Source of the DNA: Campylobacterales bacterium | GTDB taxonomy: Bacteria > Campylobacterota > Campylobacteria > Campylobacterales > JALSKU01 | Assembly (NCBI GenBank): GCA_027044945.1 | Contig: JALUBK010000040.1 | Coordinates: 886 to 64,885 of the forward strand | DNA length: 64,000 nt | Direction of reading: 5' to 3' | In this document: positions 59,043 to 64,000 of the stretch, piece after piece | Numbering within the stretch: the stretch's first letter is position 1 | How the letters are laid out: every line of letters begins with the position of its first letter | Program-made: the position numbers and the translations under genes | The notes under the pieces: model-generated | The model's input: only the letters and a program-made list of their open reading frames with translations | The model's database searches: none | What the model was told of the DNA's origin: nothing

Positions 59043-60242
59043 TTATATTTCCTTTATTTCACCATATAATTCTTTTTTAAAATATAAAGAATTTTCATCT
59101 TTTATTATACTTTTTTTATTTCCGTCAAAAAGAATAAAATCAGCCTTGCATCCCTCTTGTATATCATTGTTTTCATTCAAAATACTCGCAGGATTATAAC
59201 TAATCATTTTCATAAAATCATGCATTGATATAATATTATTTTTAACAAAATATGTATATCCCAATTTTAAAGTCAAAGACAAACTATCAACACCATCTTG
59301 AGCTTCCTCAAAAGCTACATCTTTATATATATAAGATTTTGGAGAATGAGAAGAAGTTATAACATCAATAAATCCATTTTTAAGCTGTTCTACCATCTTT
59401 GCTCTTTCTTTCTCTTCTCTTAAAGGAGAAATGAGTTTTGCTTTTGTGTTAAAATCATCACACATTGTATCATTTAATATCAAATTATGAATAGAAACTT
59501 CTGTAAAAACTTTTTTGTTATCTTTTTTAACAGCTTTTAAAATATGAATTGATTTTGAAGTTGAAACAGATTGAAAAACGACTTTAACATTAAAAAAAGT
59601 AGCAAGTTCAACAATTTTTGCCACTTCGCTTATTTCAGCAATTTTAGAAATACCCGGAAGCCCAAGTTTATACGAAACTTCTCCTTCATTCATAACACCT
59701 TTGTTTTTCATATCCATATTTTCACAAAAACAAAAAACAGGAATATTTTTCATAACTGCATATTGCATTACTCGAATAAGCAAATTACCATTTATATCTG
59801 ATTTTGTATAAATAACTTTTGCACCATCATTTATAAAAGTTGCAATATTGTTTAATTTTTCTTCTTTATTTATAGAATTAACAGATAAGATTATTTTGAT
59901 ATTGCTTTTTTTTGACAATATTTTTGCTTCAAGCATTTCAAGATGAGTTGCATTTTCTATTTTTGGAGAAAAATCATCTATCAAAACAACTTTACCCACA
60001 CCTCCTATTTTAGCATTTTTTATTATTTCATCAATATTTGCATTATTTAAAGCATCATCTCTCAATCTAACATTTAAATCAATTAGTTTAGGCAAAAGAT
60101 ATTGCCCATGCGCATCTATAACTTTTTCATCATTTTTTTGAATTAGATTATTTGATATTTTAATTATTTTATGATTGTCGATCCTAATATCACCAAAAAA
60201 CTCACTGTTTTTAGAGATAATATTTACATTCTTTATTAACAT
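59043..60242 (-). CDS. dihydroorotase-like amidohydrolase with degenerate metal ligands (PyrC'-type, probably non-catalytic)
   Basis: 399 aa with a DHOase-like fold. The HxH motif is replaced by N-V-R (PKLIDLNVRLRD), and the DHAPH-type motif reads SSHSPK. Confidence 0.7.
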   Translation of the reverse strand: MLIKNVNIISKNSEFFGDIRIDNHKIIKISNNLIQKNDEKVIDAHGQYLLPKLIDLNVRLRDDALNNANIDEIIKNAKIGGVGKVVLIDDFSPKIENATHLEMLEAKILSKKSNIKIILSVNSINKEEKLNNIATFINDGAKVIYTKSDINGNLLIRVMQYAVMKNIPVFCFCENMDMKNKGVMNEGEVSYKLGLPGISKIAEISEVAKIVELATFFNVKVVFQSVSTSKSIHILKAVKKDNKKVFTEVSIHNLILNDTMCDDFNTKAKLISPLREEKERAKMVEQLKNGFIDVITSSHSPKSYIYKDVAFEEAQDGVDSLSLTLKLGYTYFVKNNIISMHDFMKMISYNPASILNENNDIQEGCKADFILFDGNKKSIIKDENSLYFKKELYGEIKEI

Positions 60243-60279
60243 AAATTTTCCTCTGCTGAATTTTGTTATTATATCTTAT

Positions 60280-62070
60280 CTAATTTATTATTTTGTTTAA
60301 ATGTTCAATAAAATCATTTGCATCAATATATCCGACTATTGTCTTATCTTTTAAAAATTTATGATTTTTATTAAAAAACAAAATAACAGGAGGTCCAAAA
60401 ACTTTATATTTTGCCATTAATTTTTTATTTTCTACAGAATCTTTAGTTACATCAGCTCTAATCAAAGTAAAATGTCTAAACATTTTCATAACTCTTGGAT
60501 CTTCGAAAGTCTTTGCTTCAAGCTCTTTGCAACTGATACACCAATTAGCTGAAAAATCAACAAGCACTGGTTTTTTAGATTCATTTATCTCTTCTTGCAA
60601 TTTCTTAATATTTTTTACAATAATAAATCTTTTTTTCTGAAAAATCAATTTTCTATTTGAAGTATAATGATTGCGATAGCCAATATTTTCCAAAGGATTT
60701 AAAGGATTTGTATTTCCAAGAAATGCTCCAACAAAAAGTAAAATTCCATACAAAAGAAAAACAATGCCGATAACTTTAGATAATTTTGCAATACCTAAAA
60801 TATTTTCTTTTAGCGGTTCTAAAGCACCAAGGTAAATTGATGAACCTATAAATAAAAATGACCAAAGAAACATTATAATCATAGAAGGCAAAATTCGTGA
60901 AAGCATATAAATAGCAACACCTAACATGATTACACCAAATATTTTTGATATATTTTGCATCCAGCCACCTGGTTTTGGCATATATTTACCAGCTCCTATA
61001 CCTACAATCAAAAGTGGCATTCCCATTCCAAGACTCATGATAAAAAGAGCAAATCCTCCAAGCAAGGCATTTCCTGTTTTTCCAATATACAATAATGCTC
61101 CAGCAAGTGGTGCAGCAACACAAGGTCCAACTATTAAAGCAGACAAAAATCCCATAACACTGACACTTATCCACCCTTTGCCTTGTGCATTATGACTTGT
61201 TTTATTTATTTTTGATTGAAATATTTTAGGTAATTGAATTTCATAATAACCAAACATTGAAAATGCTAACAATACAAATATGGCTGCAAATCCTCCTATA
61301 ACCCAAGGATTTTGCATAAAAATTTGTATATTTTCTCCAAAAAGTCCCGCTAAAACTCCAGCTATCGTATAAGCTACAGACATTGAAAGAACATAAATCA
61401 AAGAAAGAAAAAATCCTTTTTTTGCATTCATATTTTCTTTTGATTGAGAAACTATGATGGATGAAAGTATCGGTATCATAGGAAATATGCAAGGAGTCAA
61501 GGAAAGCAAAAGCCCAAAACCAAAAAATGTAACAAGAATAACCCAAATACTGCTTTTTGCCAAAGTATGAGCTATGAAACTTTCTTTGGAAATACTTTTA
61601 TGCTTTATACTTTTTTGTTTTATATTTTTTTGTTTTATATTTTTTAAATTAAAAGTAAAATCTTTTTTTATAGGAGGATAACAAAGTCCAACTTTTGAAC
61701 ATCCTTCAAAATCAACTTCTAATTTTATTTTATTAACTTTTTTGCCAAGTTTTTTCTCTATAAGAGATAAAGGAATATTTTGTTTAAAATTTTTAATATA
61801 AATAATAAAATTATGATATTTTACCGCTTTCGAAAATTTTAAATCATTATCAAGAGATATTTTTTTAGGCGAAACAATAGTAAAATGAAGTTTATTTTTA
61901 TAAATATATATTTTATCACCCAATTTTATATCTACTATTATATTTCCATTTTTTAAAACTGCACTTGGCATAAAAGCAAGATTAGGTGTCAAAAATTTAT
62001 TTTCAGATGCACTAAACAAAGCTGTTACAGATAGACTTACCATTATCAAAAACAATATTATTCTCTTCAT
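60280..62070 (-). CDS. dsbD: thiol:disulfide interchange protein DsbD
   Basis: 596 aa. Periplasmic N-domain, a TM core with LTPCIFPMIP and GPCVAAPL, and a C-terminal thioredoxin domain with WCISC. Confidence 0.93.
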   Translation of the reverse strand: MKRIILFLIMVSLSVTALFSASENKFLTPNLAFMPSAVLKNGNIIVDIKLGDKIYIYKNKLHFTIVSPKKISLDNDLKFSKAVKYHNFIIYIKNFKQNIPLSLIEKKLGKKVNKIKLEVDFEGCSKVGLCYPPIKKDFTFNLKNIKQKNIKQKSIKHKSISKESFIAHTLAKSSIWVILVTFFGFGLLLSLTPCIFPMIPILSSIIVSQSKENMNAKKGFFLSLIYVLSMSVAYTIAGVLAGLFGENIQIFMQNPWVIGGFAAIFVLLAFSMFGYYEIQLPKIFQSKINKTSHNAQGKGWISVSVMGFLSALIVGPCVAAPLAGALLYIGKTGNALLGGFALFIMSLGMGMPLLIVGIGAGKYMPKPGGWMQNISKIFGVIMLGVAIYMLSRILPSMIIMFLWSFLFIGSSIYLGALEPLKENILGIAKLSKVIGIVFLLYGILLFVGAFLGNTNPLNPLENIGYRNHYTSNRKLIFQKKRFIIVKNIKKLQEEINESKKPVLVDFSANWCISCKELEAKTFEDPRVMKMFRHFTLIRADVTKDSVENKKLMAKYKVFGPPVILFFNKNHKFLKDKTIVGYIDANDFIEHLNKIIN

Positions 62071-62162
62071 TACACCATCCTTATATTATGAATAGCATTT
62101 TGACATATTTTGAATATATTTTTGATAAAAAAGATATTTTAATTTTTATATATAAATTATAA

Positions 62163-62191
62163 GTTTTAACAATGACATATGTTATTAAAAC
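62163..62191 (-). terminator. weak AU-rich hairpin at the corA stop (possible terminator)
   Basis: The minus strand reads GUUUUAA-N15-UUAAAAC followed by UUAUAAUUUAUAU. The 5' arm contains the corA stop codon. Confidence 0.25.
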
Positions 62192-63120
62192 CATTTATTT
62201 TTCAGAAATATCAACACACCTATACCTGATAAAACAAATGAAATACCCATGGTTATTAAAAAAGCATTGGGAGAATGTTCAAACGGCACTTCAATATTCA
62301 TTCCATAAATACTTGCTATCAGTGTAGGAATCATTAAAATTATTGTAATAGAAGTTAAAAATTTCATTACTATATTAAGATTGTTAGAAATAACCGATGC
62401 AAAGGCATCCATCATTCCACTAAGTATATCGCTATAAATATTTGCCATTTCGATTGCTTGCTTGTTGTCAATAACCACATCTTCCAATTTATCTTTATCT
62501 TCGCAAGATAATTTCAATACTTTTGTTTTTAATAATCTTTCCATCATAAGCTCATTTGATTTTAATGAAGTTGTAAAATAAACAAGACTTTTTTCTATAT
62601 TTAAAAGCTTTATAAGCTCTTCATTTTTCATCGATTTATGTAATTCTTTGGATACTCCTCCGGTTAAATTATTTATTTTTTTTAGATATTTGAGATAAAA
62701 CATAGCTGTTTTTAGAAACATATGAAGAACAATACTGCTTCTTTTTATGGTAGATATACTTTTTGTCCCACCAATACACAAATCCAAAATTTCTGTAACA
62801 TCAGAAGAACATATTGTAACTATTGTATCTTTTTTTGTAAGTATAATTCCGACTGGAATTGTTGTAAAAGGTATCTCAGAATCACTTTCATTGCATTTTG
62901 GAACCCTTAAAATAATTAGTAAAACGCCATCTTCAACTTCAGCTCTTGCTCTTTCATCGATATCTAAGGGGTCGGTTAAAAAATCAAAAGGAATAAGCAT
63001 TTCATTAGATAATTTTTGCAACTCACTTTTTTCTGGGTTAGTTACATTGATTAGACAGTGTCTTTCAATTTTATCAGTTGGAATAAATTTATTTTCAGAC
63101 CATTTTAATATATTTATCAT
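62185..63120 (-). CDS. corA: CorA-family magnesium/cobalt transporter
   Basis: YGMN signature (SIYGMNIEVPF) before the last TM segment. The ATG at 63120 has an AAGGTGG SD; the track ORF extends to 63183. Confidence 0.9.
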   Translation of the reverse strand: MINILKWSENKFIPTDKIERHCLINVTNPEKSELQKLSNEMLIPFDFLTDPLDIDERARAEVEDGVLLIILRVPKCNESDSEIPFTTIPVGIILTKKDTIVTICSSDVTEILDLCIGGTKSISTIKRSSIVLHMFLKTAMFYLKYLKKINNLTGGVSKELHKSMKNEELIKLLNIEKSLVYFTTSLKSNELMMERLLKTKVLKLSCEDKDKLEDVVIDNKQAIEMANIYSDILSGMMDAFASVISNNLNIVMKFLTSITIILMIPTLIASIYGMNIEVPFEHSPNAFLITMGISFVLSGIGVLIFLKNKWF

Positions 63121-63288
63121 AGTATTGCCACCTTTTAGAGTGTCGTTGTGTAGCTTATTTATTTTTGCCGAAATTTTATCCAAATATTAATTATTTGTCA
63201 ATTTATCTCAAATTTAAAAATTTGCTATTTTTTATATAACTTTAGCTATAATGAAATGGTAATGAAATATTTTTTTAGGGGCAATTTA

Positions 63289-64000
63289 GTGAAAAAAACT
63301 TCTTTGTTTGAATTGTGTCTTTCTTTTTTTCTTCTTGGATTAACCGCATACAGCATGACAATGCTTGAAGGGCTAAAATCTCTAAACTTAAAAAAAGAAT
63401 GGATGAATGAAGAGGAAACAGATAAAGCTCTTGCAATGGTTCAACTTTATCCCGGACCCATTTTTGTAGATTTGGCTATTTTTATTTCATATAAATTAAA
63501 AGGAGTAATCGGGACATTTTTAGCTACATTTTTCTTTTTAACTCCTTCGTTTTTAATAATGCTTTTTTTATCTTTTATATATTTTCATTATGGAAAACTT
63601 TCTTATGTTCATCCATTATTTACAACACTTGAAGCTATGGTTGTTGGTGTTATCATAAAAGTAGCTCTTGATTTTGGAACAAAATATACAAAAGATAAAA
63701 CAAGCTCTTTAATAGCTGCGATATCTTTCATTTTACTGTTATATAAAATAAATGCATTTTATATAATTTTATTTGTATTTTTTACTTCAATTTTTTTTAA
63801 AGCAGATAAAATTTTACAAAAAAGTGATAAAAAAATTAATTTTTTACCAATACTTATAACTGGTGCTTTATTTTTATTTCTTTTAATTTATGGATATCTT
63901 AAAAATAAACTTTTATTTGAAATGTTTAAAGTAGGAGCTGTTGCTTTTGGAAATGGCATGACAATTTTGCCTTTACTTGAACAAGTTGTGCTAAATAATC
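63289..64000 (+). CDS. chrA: chromate transporter (ChrA family), 3' end beyond the window
   Basis: Open frame to the window end. LFELCLSFFLLGLTAYS...LYPGPIFVDLAIFISYK and a second-half start FEMFKVGAVAFGNGMTILPLL are typical of the two-repeat CHR fold. I use the GTG at 63289 (AGGGG SD); an in-frame ATG at 63262 is an alternative. It is absent from the ORF track because it has no stop in the window. Confidence 0.8.
   Translation, partial: MKKTSLFELCLSFFLLGLTAYSMTMLEGLKSLNLKKEWMNEEETDKALAMVQLYPGPIFVDLAIFISYKLKGVIGTFLATFFFLTPSFLIMLFLSFIYFHYGKLSYVHPLFTTLEAMVVGVIIKVALDFGTKYTKDKTSSLIAAISFILLLYKINAFYIILFVFFTSIFFKADKILQKSDKKINFLPILITGALFLFLLIYGYLKNKLLFEMFKVGAVAFGNGMTILPLLEQVVLNN

Noticed and set aside
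1-64000. Scan of the whole window for CRISPR arrays, tRNA/rRNA genes, IS elements, toxin-antitoxin pairs and known defence-system genes.
   Set aside because: No repeat-spacer periodicity was seen. No intergenic gap other than 6494-6771 is long enough or GC-rich enough for a structured RNA gene. No transposase, nuclease-helicase or small paired-ORF signatures were seen. The region is essentially core chromosome.

Overview
This 64-kb window is very AT-rich. Gene content and order (pnp-lptD-purD; gatC...cvpA-fur-lysS-glyA-DUF1882-SPOR-aroE; dksA-rlmH-accD-suhB) point to a Campylobacterota (epsilonproteobacterial) chromosome. It is densely packed with about 62 protein genes, many with overlapping stop and start codons. 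Almost all are core housekeeping genes: nucleotide, amino-acid and cofactor synthesis (purD, guaA, nadB, hisG, coaX, glyA, trpE-like, aroE, proA, gltBD, accD); DNA repair and replication (uvrA, uvrC, polA, recR, recO, xerH-like); envelope (lptD, dsbD); respiration (cydAB); and flagellar and chemotaxis genes (fliN, fliO-like, one MCP). I found no rRNA, tRNA, CRISPR array, transposase, prophage or recognisable defence system, so I cannot claim a clear novel multi-gene system. The best system-level candidate is a translationally coupled triad at 53.7-57.1 kb: a TonB-dependent-receptor-like barrel, a short YfiR/DUF4154-like periplasmic protein and a Cache-GGDEF diguanylate cyclase. It sits as an islet between gltB and recO. 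Other items not explained by the ORF track: (1) a roughly 220-nt structured RNA upstream of purD with 6S RNA architecture; (2) an untracked 38-codon CydX-like ORF after cydB; (3) a perfect 19-nt duplication of the cydA ribosome-binding site and start codon that creates a 12-codon overlapping uORF; (4) a pilT plus GGDEF pair inserted in otherwise conserved synteny; (5) an HDOD gene coupled between uvrA and polA; (6) a YfgM-like/BamB-like gene pair; (7) a dihydroorotase paralogue with degenerate metal ligands. Function calls come from motif recognition by eye; no database searches were run.
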